A stretch of DNA of 64,000 nt. It comes from an uncultured delta proteobacterium (GTDB lineage Bacteria; Desulfobacterota; BSN033; UBA1163). Below the pieces are notes generated by a model. That model was not told the DNA's origin. It worked only from the letters and a program-made list of their open reading frames with translations, and searched no databases. Shown one piece after another: positions 1-8,051 of this stretch (position 1 is its first letter; each line of letters opens with the position of its first letter). The stretch spans positions 32,001 to 96,000 of the forward strand of contig CAVPSJ010000014.1 in the NCBI GenBank assembly GCA_963708295.1, given 5' to 3'. The position numbers were made by a program, and so were the translations under genes.

Positions 1-488
1 GATGGTGAATCGGGCGCTGCTCCAGAGATCATCGCAGGAAATGTCGCACCCATCAAAAAAGCGGGCAGGACAAGCGCAGCCAGGCTGACGACCATTCGCA
101 CAATTGTCAAGGTGGCTCGATGGTGAACGCTTTCTGCCAATGATGTAAAGAGATGGGACAGCAGCTCGAATAGCGATGGCGAGAGGAGGACGTAAATGCC
201 GATGGCGATCTCCAGCAATAAATAGGGTACGAAAGAAGCCGCTCGTTTACGAAAGATCTTTCCCCCCATATAGCTCCCAAGTCCAAGCCCTCCCATAAAG
301 ACGACAATAATCATGGCGGTGGCGCTTAGTGAATTGCCCACGACCACGATGAGCATCCGATTCCATGTGACCTCCGCGATCAGACTGGCCGCGCCTGACG
401 CAAAAAAGGCAACATAGATGCAGATCAAGAACAAGAATGAGCGGAAGCTAAAAGTCATCTGTCGGGGATGACTATTCGATGTAGCCAT
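1..488 (-). CDS. Fused MFS/spermidine-synthase-like membrane protein, N-terminal part (runs off the window)
   Basis: Not in the ORF track. ATG at 488 with RBS CAGGAG. Reads MATSNSHPRQMTFSFRSFLFLICIYVAFFASGAASLIAEVTWNRMLIVVVGNSLSATAMIIVVFMGGLGLGSYMGG...LPAFLMGATFP, the typical N-terminal membrane domain of this family. Confidence 0.8.
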   Translation of the reverse strand, partial: MATSNSHPRQMTFSFRSFLFLICIYVAFFASGAASLIAEVTWNRMLIVVVGNSLSATAMIIVVFMGGLGLGSYMGGKIFRKRAASFVPYLLLEIAIGIYVLLSPSLFELLSHLFTSLAESVHHRATLTIVRMVVSLAALVLPAFLMGATFPAMISGAAPDSP

Positions 489-540
489 AAACGACTCCTG
501 TTACTAAGAACTCCATAATTGATTAGACACAATTTTTCGG

Positions 541-615
541 AAAATCTCCCCCTCCCCTCTTTGCTAAAGAGGGGCTATTCCTCCCTTTGGAAAAGGGAGG
601 TGAGGAGGGATTTTA
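541..615. repeat. boxC-like palindromic repeat (CCCCTCTTT..AAAGAGGGG / CCCTTTGGAAAAGGG)
   Basis: Same hairpin units as those flanking the DUF559 gene at 9800-9900 and 10262-10335. Confidence 0.7.
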
Positions 616-832
616 TAAGAAATTTCTTGACTCTTGGATCATTAAATATGTTCTGTCTATTATGGACTGATTATTAAATTGGCTCTTGGTGCCGATCTGT
701 TATCGTTAGCGGACGTTGAACACGCAATTTTAACCTGAGCTCTCGTTATCCGCAATTGCAGGTGACCCTTAGTAGGTTGGCTTAATGGTGATTATTCCGG
801 ATATTCGTGCGGGATCCCGGCTGGTCTTTCTG

Positions 833-1255
833 TCAAAAAATGTTTACCGTTCTTCCTCTTTTGAAAACAAACTTATCATAAAGAATAAAGTCTATGCAAG
901 CGGCGATTCCTATGCCAACGGCTACGTTGAGGAGGTAGAAGACTCCCCATTTTTCAAGAACTGCGAAAAGAATAATTCTTAAAACTATGCCTGCTAACAA
1001 TGCAAGGTTGAAAGATATAAACTGGGCTACCAGGCTTTTCCCCTGCTTCCTGGGTGAATCTTTCCAAGTCCACAACCTGCTAATCGAAAAATTATAGACG
1101 GCGCTCATTTCAATGGCCAATATGTTAGCGAGGTTTTTCAAAAAATAGCCCTTAAATCCAAGAAGTTCTATGAAGATGGTTATAAGCAAGAAGTTCACGA
1201 GGGCAGCGCTACATCCAACAACGAGAAATTTCATTATCCGTTCGTTATAAGTCAT
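833..1255 (-). CDS. GtrA-family integral membrane protein
   Basis: MKFLVVGCSAALVNF...ANILAIEMSAVYNFSISRLWTWKD...FILYDKFVF is the GtrA pattern. Start trimmed from the 1333 ORF start. Confidence 0.8.
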   Translation of the reverse strand: MTYNERIMKFLVVGCSAALVNFLLITIFIELLGFKGYFLKNLANILAIEMSAVYNFSISRLWTWKDSPRKQGKSLVAQFISFNLALLAGIVLRIILFAVLEKWGVFYLLNVAVGIGIAACIDFILYDKFVFKRGRTVNIF

Positions 1256-1435
1256 AACATTCACTTTCCAATCAAACGTACCGGGGCTTTCAAGAAGGAT
1301 GATCAAACAACAATATTTTAGACAATAATACATTCACGAGTTTTATTCCAATGAACAGGTAAGCCGTTTAAAAGAAAACGGTGATCGCTAGCCTAGTCAA
1401 GGTTTTGTATTATGTCATGCTTGTCCAAAATAACA

Positions 1436-1674
1436 TTTTCATCGCAGAGCCGCAGAGAACGCGGAGAAAGGGTTTTTTGTTTGGCGGAGAAATACCGCCA
1501 AACAAAAAGCTTTCCGTCCTTTCAATGCAAGGCTCAGTATAGGTGCCAGAGCCACTATGAGAGTTCGATCTTGTTCCCGAAGGGGCGGAGTTTCTGCTCC
1601 AATTGTCCCGCCAGAGGCGGGATTGGAGCAGAAGAAAAATCTTCCTCAGCGATCTCGGCGTCTCAGCGGTGAAA
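1436..1674. repeat. MITE-like element with imperfect inverted ends made of ~9-bp units
   Basis: TTCATCGCAGAGCCGCAGAGAACGCGGAG at the left end pairs with CTCAGCGATCTCGGCGTCTCAGCGGTGAA at the right end. Confidence 0.55.
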
Positions 1675-1888
1675 CCTGGATTCGAAAGCAATGCATGTTA
1701 ATTCAAAAGTCCAATGAAATCAAGGTTCCCCACGAGAGATTCCCCTTAATTCGGACAGCAGTGGTATTATGTCGATTATTTCTATAATCTTTTAGTAGTG
1801 CCTCGCAGATTTTGTCTTTAATCCGGATTTAGACAACGACCGTTTACAAAACTTGAAAATATCAATACGGTCTGTTAGCTTTTAAAAG

Positions 1889-3463
1889 ATGACCAGAAAA
1901 ACAGCCAAAAGCTTCGCTAGCGATAACGAGCGAAAAGATGTGGCCGAGCAGGACACCCCGCTCAGCGTGAAAATGAACATATCGCCCCTTTATATTTATG
2001 TGCTCGCCTTTTTCTCCGGGATGTGCATCATGGCCGTTGAGCTTTGCGCGTCTCGGCTCATGGCCCCATTTTTCGGAACGTCCACCTTTGTCTGGACAAA
2101 TATCATCGGCATTATCATGATTGCCCTGTCGATCGGCTACTTTGTCGGAGGAAAGCTCGCCGATCGAAAGCCTCGGCTTCCCATCCTTCTGAAGCTTCTG
2201 ATGGCAGCCTCTGCCTTTCTCCTCGTGCTCCCCTTCCTGGCTCCACCGCTTGTCAGGTGGCTCGCGTCGCTCATGGGGAGCTTCAATTCATCCTTCTCGT
2301 TCATATTTTTCGGATCCCTTTCTGCCATAACGCTCCTTTTTTCCCCGCCTATCGTGGTGATGGGCATGACAAGCCCGTTTCTCATCAGGATCATCGCCCA
2401 AAACGGTCGCGTGGGCGACTCTGCCGGGCATATCTTCGGAATCTCAACCATCGGGAGCGTTTTGGGCACATTTTTACCCATACTCGTTTTCATTCCGATC
2501 TTCGGCACGGCGAAGACGATACTCTTTTTTGGGGCTGCACTTTTCGTTGTCACCGTGTTGGGCTTTGCCAATAGAAAGGCTGCACTCCTTTGTGTCGCCG
2601 TGGCTGTGCCGTTTTTTATTCCGGTACCGACCATGCGGGAGATCCCTGGAAAAGTCTATTCGACGGAGTCAGCCTACCAGTATATAGAGGTATTTGACAG
2701 AGGTTCTAACCGCTACCTTGCCTACAACGATGCTTTGGGGTTCCAAACGGTTGCCAACAAGACAAGCGTCTTCACCGGCCTTTATTACGACTATTATTCG
2801 CTTCTTCCTCTCTTGCTTGAGACTCCTCCGAAAAGCGCCCTCATTATCGGCCTGGGAGGCGGGATCATCGCGAATCAAATTCGTTATTTTTATCCGGAGA
2901 TTGGCGTTGACGGCGTTGAGATAGACCCAAAGGTAATAGAGATTGCCCGGACCTACTTCGCCCTTGTCGACACGGTGAGGGTGTTCAATCAGGACGGACG
3001 TATCTTTGTAAACCTGGGAAAAAAGAAATATGACATTGTCATTATCGACGCCTATACGCAGCAGGTCTATATCCCTTTTCATCTTACGACGAAAGAGTTC
3101 TTCAGCCAAGTGAAAAGGGGACTCTCGAACAATGGAGTTGTCGCCATGAACGTTTCCTCGGCAAAAAACGACTCACCCCTTATCAGGAGCATCACGAATA
3201 CGCTCCGACTTGTGTTCGGTCATGTATACCACCTCAGAATCCCGAACTCCGTTGATAACCTCGTGCTCGCCTCGGATATGAAGATTGATTTTGCGATTCC
3301 CGGTAGTGCGGTCGAAAAAGGGATGCAGAGCATAGCGCAGTACAGCCGGCGGTTTTTTACAGAGAGCCCATACGACGAAAGGTATAAGCCGCTCACTGAC
3401 GACAAGGCGCCGGTCGAGCATATGGTGGATTGGGAAATACTGAAGCAATTTGTTAAGGGTTAG
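1889..3463 (+). CDS. Fused MFS/spermidine synthase (SAM-dependent methyltransferase fold)
   Basis: Multi-TM N-terminal half. LIIGLGGG glycine loop, GVEIDPKVI, DGR and YDIVIIDAY motifs. Confidence 0.9.
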   Translation: MTRKTAKSFASDNERKDVAEQDTPLSVKMNISPLYIYVLAFFSGMCIMAVELCASRLMAPFFGTSTFVWTNIIGIIMIALSIGYFVGGKLADRKPRLPILLKLLMAASAFLLVLPFLAPPLVRWLASLMGSFNSSFSFIFFGSLSAITLLFSPPIVVMGMTSPFLIRIIAQNGRVGDSAGHIFGISTIGSVLGTFLPILVFIPIFGTAKTILFFGAALFVVTVLGFANRKAALLCVAVAVPFFIPVPTMREIPGKVYSTESAYQYIEVFDRGSNRYLAYNDALGFQTVANKTSVFTGLYYDYYSLLPLLLETPPKSALIIGLGGGIIANQIRYFYPEIGVDGVEIDPKVIEIARTYFALVDTVRVFNQDGRIFVNLGKKKYDIVIIDAYTQQVYIPFHLTTKEFFSQVKRGLSNNGVVAMNVSSAKNDSPLIRSITNTLRLVFGHVYHLRIPNSVDNLVLASDMKIDFAIPGSAVEKGMQSIAQYSRRFFTESPYDERYKPLTDDKAPVEHMVDWEILKQFVKG

Positions 3464-3539
3464 ATCCGGTGTAACCTGAACTTCACCGGGGACATTTCAA
3501 ATATGAAAGAATAAAAAGTATCTTCACCAAATACTATAT

Positions 3540-3776
3540 TTAAGTCTCCAGCCCTAGACTTAATATGAGTGAAGAATCCACGGTTTTCGTCTTGGAAGAG
3601 CTCACTCTTCCAAGTTTCCTGATTAACCTCTTCTTATCAATGGTCCGGATTTGATTTAGCTTTACGACAGAATCCCTTTCCAAACCGCTTTCAGATGGCT
3701 TAATCTCCACATTGATAGGATATGCCTTGATTGCAGAGGAAATGGCGGCAACAATAGTAACTGGCGAAACTTCATT
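3540..3776 (-). pseudogene. 5'-truncated PemK/MazF toxin
   Basis: Translates NEVSPVTIVAAISSAIKAYPINVEIKPSESGLERDSVVKLNQIRTIDKKRLIRKLG...LSLGLET*. The MazF N-terminus and an antitoxin are missing. Confidence 0.75.
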
Positions 3777-3839
3777 AACTTGTCAACACCTTCCGTATCC
3801 CCGTCTGTCCATTTCTTATTTCCCCATCTCGTGACCGCA

Positions 3840-4025
3840 AGGCTTGATGATCTTGTGCCATTCAGGACGTTTCAGAAACTGTCAGCATTGAGATCCGCAA
3901 GACTGCTGAACTATCCGGAAATTGCACGTGATGCCTCCCTGGTTGGGGAAGGAGTGGCGAGGGGGTTTCAATGGGAAAATGATCCGAGAGTCGATGGTTA
4001 CCGGAGGAAACAAACAAGGCAATGA
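3840..4025 (+). pseudogene. Fragment resembling an AAA+/DUF4143 ATP-binding protein
   Basis: LVPFRTFQKLSALRSARLLNYPEIARDA resembles the HTH region of this family. No full ORF. Confidence 0.35.
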
Positions 4026-4136
4026 AATCCTGTAAACTACCCAAATGGGTTAACCAATAGCGTCAGGAACAAAGGCCAAATCAGCACTTCATGTCCTGAC
4101 GGCCGGATTTTAATTATTCTTAAGGAACTCTGCTAA

Positions 4137-4934
4137 TTAAGGGCAGACCGGTACCGCCGCTCCTCCACCCCCTCCTCCACCAGTCGTTGCACCGATGATG
4201 GCGATGGCTGCTATCCCCACTCCACTAATAATCGCTATCCATCCCCACGTCGGAATCCCTAAGAACTTGGAAGATTCGGCAGGGTTTGTGGTTTTCTCGC
4301 TCGCCTGCGCCACCATCACTTTTGGAGGGGTTTTCACAGTGACGGAAGGGAGGGTGACCGCGTCTTTGGAGGAAAGTGAAGCCAGGACACGCTTCTGATT
4401 TAAGACGGAGAGGGAACCCTGGAAACTCCTGACCGTGACTGCCCCGTTGGAATGGACCGAGATGGATCCGATCGTCGCTTCGCTCTTTGATGAAGCAGCC
4501 GAAAGGTTTTTGGAAGCCTCAAGGGATTTCGATTGGATAACCGTCAAATCCCCCACTTTGAAACTCAACTCAGTCGTGGAGGGAAGTCTGAAGTCAATGG
4601 TTCCCTCAGTCAGTTGAATCTGATCGCTTCGATCGAATGAAAGGAGGCTGTTTTCCTTTACCTCAATCAGACGATTGCCTTCTAACGTGATCAGGGAGGC
4701 CCCTTTTTCAATCTTTATTCTCATTCCCGAAAAAATTGGAAACTGGGAAAGCTCCACATTCTTCCATACCGCCTTCCTTGATTCAAACTTCACTTCTCCC
4801 CTTGAAACCATCTCACCCAGAGGCCGACCTATTTCCTTAGCCTCAACAATCATTGTATGAAATCCACTTGCCAGAAGCAAAAAGGACACGCAAAGGAAAA
4901 ACACCCAAACCTTGAAAGCAAATCCTCTTTTCAT
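4137..4934 (-). CDS. Exported FecR-like beta-rich hypothetical protein with C-terminal TM helix and Gly-rich tail
   Basis: Signal peptide, FecR-like beta segment (GEMVSRGEVKF...LIEVKENSLLSF...LTEGTIDF), then WGWIAIISGVGIAAIAII and GGGGGGGAAVPVCP. Confidence 0.6.
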   Translation of the reverse strand: MKRGFAFKVWVFFLCVSFLLLASGFHTMIVEAKEIGRPLGEMVSRGEVKFESRKAVWKNVELSQFPIFSGMRIKIEKGASLITLEGNRLIEVKENSLLSFDRSDQIQLTEGTIDFRLPSTTELSFKVGDLTVIQSKSLEASKNLSAASSKSEATIGSISVHSNGAVTVRSFQGSLSVLNQKRVLASLSSKDAVTLPSVTVKTPPKVMVAQASEKTTNPAESSKFLGIPTWGWIAIISGVGIAAIAIIGATTGGGGGGGAAVPVCP

Positions 4935-5057
4935 GTCTTTCCCTTCCCGGATGTTAAAGATGTTCTTTTTCTTATAAAATACCCCCCTGCCCCCTTCCGG
5001 TCAAGGGAATAATGGCCTTTGAAAATAGCTCACCTCATCTCAAGTTTCCATGTCTCT

Positions 5058-5245
5058 TTATCACCGTTTCGCCGTGTCCCCGTGTCTAATTATCTATTTA
5101 TTTTTCCTTATCTCCCTGCCTCCTCATTCCCGATCTCGTCTTCAATGTTTCTCCCCGTCTCCCCATCGCCGTTTCACCGCGTCCCCCGTCTCATTATTTT
5201 GCTTATTCCCCCCACCGCCGTGTCCCCGCTTCTCCCAATCTCATT
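5058..5245. repeat. Degenerate 8-bp tandem repeats (TCxCCGyg)
   Basis: TCACCGTT TCGCCGTG TCCCCGTG; TCCCCGTC TCCCCA TCGCCGTT TCACCGCG TCCCCCGTC. Confidence 0.6.
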
Positions 5246-5424
5246 TACCTTGACTGGGTGAGATTCCGCAAGAGGTGAGGGTTTCTCCGCTAATGAAATT
5301 CCAAATTTCACAAATTCACAAAGTCAGTCTATACTCAGGCGGGAGTAACCTTCTTAAGTTACTGAATTAAAATGAAATTTTTTGATATCAGAAAACAGGT
5401 CTTTCTGCCCGCCGAATAAGAAAC

Positions 5425-5441
5425 TTGGTATGGGAATTGCG
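5425..5441 (+). promoter_or_regulatory. Sigma54 (-24/-12) promoter of the omcS cluster
   Basis: TTGGTATGGGAATTGCG with exact GG-N10-GC spacing, 30 bp before the first gene. An AT-rich IHF-like tract lies upstream (~5355-5385). Confidence 0.7.
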
Positions 5442-5470
5442 TTATACAGTCTAGTTGAAGTTAAGCCCAA

Positions 5471-6427
5471 GTGAAACGCGCCATGAAGATTAAACTGACG
5501 AGGTTATTCGTAGGATTTTTGTTAATTGTTCTTTTCGTGATGGGGATTTCGACTTCCGTCAAGGCGAATGTCAAGGCTGCGTTTCTATACAGCCTTTCTA
5601 ACTTCACAGGCAAGATACCTTATAGCGCCACAAGGATCAGCGTCGATAAACAATCGGGAGAGATTTACGTCATCTATGAAAACCTGCTGAAAGTATTTAA
5701 TCAAGCCGGAATGGAAATTTACCGTTTCGGTGAAGATTTAGATGTTGGACAAATCCTCGATCTGGCTGTCGATCCGAATGGTGACCTGCTGCTTCTTACG
5801 GTCAAGGATTCGAAACAGATGTTGGTCCAATGCAATTACAGGGGAGATCCGACATCCGAAATAGGGCTAAGAAACCTTCCCCCTGAGTTTTCCGGAGTTG
5901 TGGCGAATCGCCTGGTATGCCATGGCGAAAGCCTCTATTTCGGATCTGCCGGAGGGATGAAAATTGTCATTACCGACCTGGAGGGCAACTTTAAGAAAGG
6001 ATACGACCTGATCTCCCTTCTTGAGCTCAAAGAAGAGGACAGGGGAAACATGGAGATATTCGGTTTTAGCGTAGACGGGAACGGAAATATTCTATTTACG
6101 ATTCCTGTCCTGTTTAAGGCCTTCATGCTTTCAGATGATGGGAAAATTTCGTATTTCGGGAGGCCGGGCGGCGCCCCGGGCAAATTCAATATCGTTTCAG
6201 GAATTGTAAGGGATAGTAGAGGGAATTTTCTGGTGGTTGACCGATTGAAGTCCGCCGTGATGATTTTTGACAAGAAGCTTAGTTTCGTGACCCAGTTTGG
6301 CTATCGCGGTTTCAAGCCGGAAAACCTCTTTAACCCGGATGACATCGCCATTGATAGCAATGACAGGATCTATGTGACCCAGCAAAGAAAAAGGGGGGTA
6401 AGTGTTTTCAAGCTGACTTACGATTAG
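5471..6427 (+). CDS. Exported NHL-repeat beta-propeller (first gene of the omcS locus)
   Basis: Signal peptide and NHL-like repeats (FGRPGGAPGKFNIVSGIVRDSRGNFLVVD, LFNPDDIAIDSNDRIYVT). Directly upstream of omcS. Confidence 0.85.
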   Translation: MKRAMKIKLTRLFVGFLLIVLFVMGISTSVKANVKAAFLYSLSNFTGKIPYSATRISVDKQSGEIYVIYENLLKVFNQAGMEIYRFGEDLDVGQILDLAVDPNGDLLLLTVKDSKQMLVQCNYRGDPTSEIGLRNLPPEFSGVVANRLVCHGESLYFGSAGGMKIVITDLEGNFKKGYDLISLLELKEEDRGNMEIFGFSVDGNGNILFTIPVLFKAFMLSDDGKISYFGRPGGAPGKFNIVSGIVRDSRGNFLVVDRLKSAVMIFDKKLSFVTQFGYRGFKPENLFNPDDIAIDSNDRIYVTQQRKRGVSVFKLTYD

Positions 6428-6443
6428 GCTTTAGTTGGCAGAC

Positions 6444-6472
6444 ACGTGACACAAAGCACGGTCACGTTTTTT
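6444..6472 (+). terminator. Hairpin plus U-tract between the NHL gene and omcS
   Basis: ACGTGAC-N10-GTCACGT followed by a T run. Confidence 0.45.
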
Positions 6473-6631
6473 CGATTTCACAGGGGGTAATTCGGGGGGA
6501 AATAAAAAATAAAGAAGGAGGTGGTCGAAGGCAATCGATAATAAGCAAGTGATCAGTGATCGGTAATCAGTAGGCAGTAAACAGTAAACACTAAGCAGGA
6601 AGCAGGAAAAAAAATTTATTAGGAGGACAAA

Positions 6632-7873
6632 ATGAAAGGATTGAAATTGAGTTTGGTTATCATGGCTGCAGCCTTGTTAACCATCGGTTTAGGCGGAGTG
6701 GCCTATGCCTTCCATGCCGGCGGCGTTGCGGAATGTGCCGGATGTCACAGCATGCATAGCCCAATGGGCGTACATCTATTACTTGCCTCAGATGCCAGTT
6801 CGACATGTTTGACCTGCCATGAGCACGCGGGAGATACGGGTCCGAGTTCGTATCACGTGAGCACTGCCCAGGCCAATTTGACGGTGGGAACCGCTCCCCT
6901 CCAGAGAGGTCCGGGAGGAGATTTTGCCTGGCTGAAGAAAAACTATGCCTATACGTCCCATGGAACGGCGAGTTATGAAGACGCCTCTATCCACGGCCAC
7001 AGCATTATTGCTGCGGATAACGGATATACGGTTGTTGATCCTGTGCATGCCACATCACCTGGTGGCAGTTTCATGTCAAGCAACCTTGGCTGCGACAGTT
7101 GCCATGACCCTCACGGAAAAGGCAGAATACTCAGCAGCGGCACATACGCGTCTACTGGCGCCCCGATCATAGCATCCGGTTCAACGGCCAGTGCTCTTCC
7201 CGCCGCTGGTCAGGCGTTTGGCCTCTACAGAATACTGGCTTGGCCAGGCTATGCCGGAGCTCCAGGCGCGACATACACCACATGGCCGATTGCGATATCC
7301 CCATCTAGTTACAACAGGACCGAAGCGGCCACCATGACTCGAATTGCGTATGGCGGCGGAGCTAGCGCGAATGGTTGGGGAAAATGGTGTGGAACTTGCC
7401 ATGCGGCTATAGCCAACAATTCAGGACTTCAAGGCCATCCTTCCCACAAGGTCGACACCGCGTTAGGCTCTACGTATGGAACTATTTACAATAATTACGT
7501 GAAAACGGGCGATATGTCCGGGACCTTTGGTGGCACAACGCCTGGTCCCTACACCTCACTCGTCCCGTACCAGGAAGCTACGAGTGCTATTCCGACTCTT
7601 TATAGTCATGCGAAAACCGACAATTGCGTCCTTGGCGGTCCCTCCACGAGCGATGAGGTAACGTGTCATTCCTGCCACAGGTCGCATGCATCCGGATGGA
7701 CGCATGCGTTGAGGTGGAATAATGACACAACGTTTATCGTGAGCAACGGTGTGTATCCTGCTGAGCAGGGCCGTACTGCTATAGAGACACAGGGGGCCTA
7801 TTACGACCGGCCGGCTACTGTCTTTGCAGCCTACCAGAGGTCGCTCTGTAACAAGTGCCATGCGATGGACTAA
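6632..7873 (+). CDS. omcS: OmcS-family hexaheme c-type cytochrome (nanowire subunit), paralog 1
   Basis: Signal peptide AYA|FHAGGVAECAGCHSMH. Six CxxCH (CAGCH, CLTCH, CDSCH, CGTCH, CHSCH, CNKCH). OmcS hallmark segments HAGDTGPSSYHVST, PGGDFAWLKK, YNRTEA and YQRSLCNKCHAMD. RBS AGGAGG. Confidence 0.93.
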   Translation: MKGLKLSLVIMAAALLTIGLGGVAYAFHAGGVAECAGCHSMHSPMGVHLLLASDASSTCLTCHEHAGDTGPSSYHVSTAQANLTVGTAPLQRGPGGDFAWLKKNYAYTSHGTASYEDASIHGHSIIAADNGYTVVDPVHATSPGGSFMSSNLGCDSCHDPHGKGRILSSGTYASTGAPIIASGSTASALPAAGQAFGLYRILAWPGYAGAPGATYTTWPIAISPSSYNRTEAATMTRIAYGGGASANGWGKWCGTCHAAIANNSGLQGHPSHKVDTALGSTYGTIYNNYVKTGDMSGTFGGTTPGPYTSLVPYQEATSAIPTLYSHAKTDNCVLGGPSTSDEVTCHSCHRSHASGWTHALRWNNDTTFIVSNGVYPAEQGRTAIETQGAYYDRPATVFAAYQRSLCNKCHAMD

Positions 7874-7931
7874 TTCAACCCTTTTCTCTCTCTCCATCTG
7901 AAAGGAAGGTGGCTGGGAGTAAAGGAAAGAA

Positions 7932-7968
7932 GGAGGGGGCCGGTATCTACCGGCCCCCTTTTTTTTGG
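7932..7968 (+). terminator. Intrinsic terminator after omcS1
   Basis: AGGGGGCCGGTA-TC-TACCGGCCCCCT followed by a T tract. Confidence 0.85.
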
Positions 7969-8051
7969 TTGAATTCCGGTCTTTTATGAGTTTTAATAGA
8001 CGTTAAACAATTAGTTTGGATGGGCCGGAAATAAGGAGGTGAATTTCCATC

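Noticed and set aside
6428-6631. GEMM-I (c-di-GMP/cGAMP) riboswitch upstream of omcS, as in Geobacter
   Set aside because: No GGCAAACC..GAAA..GACGCAAAG-type core found by eye upstream of either omcS or the NHL gene. A cmsearch would be decisive.
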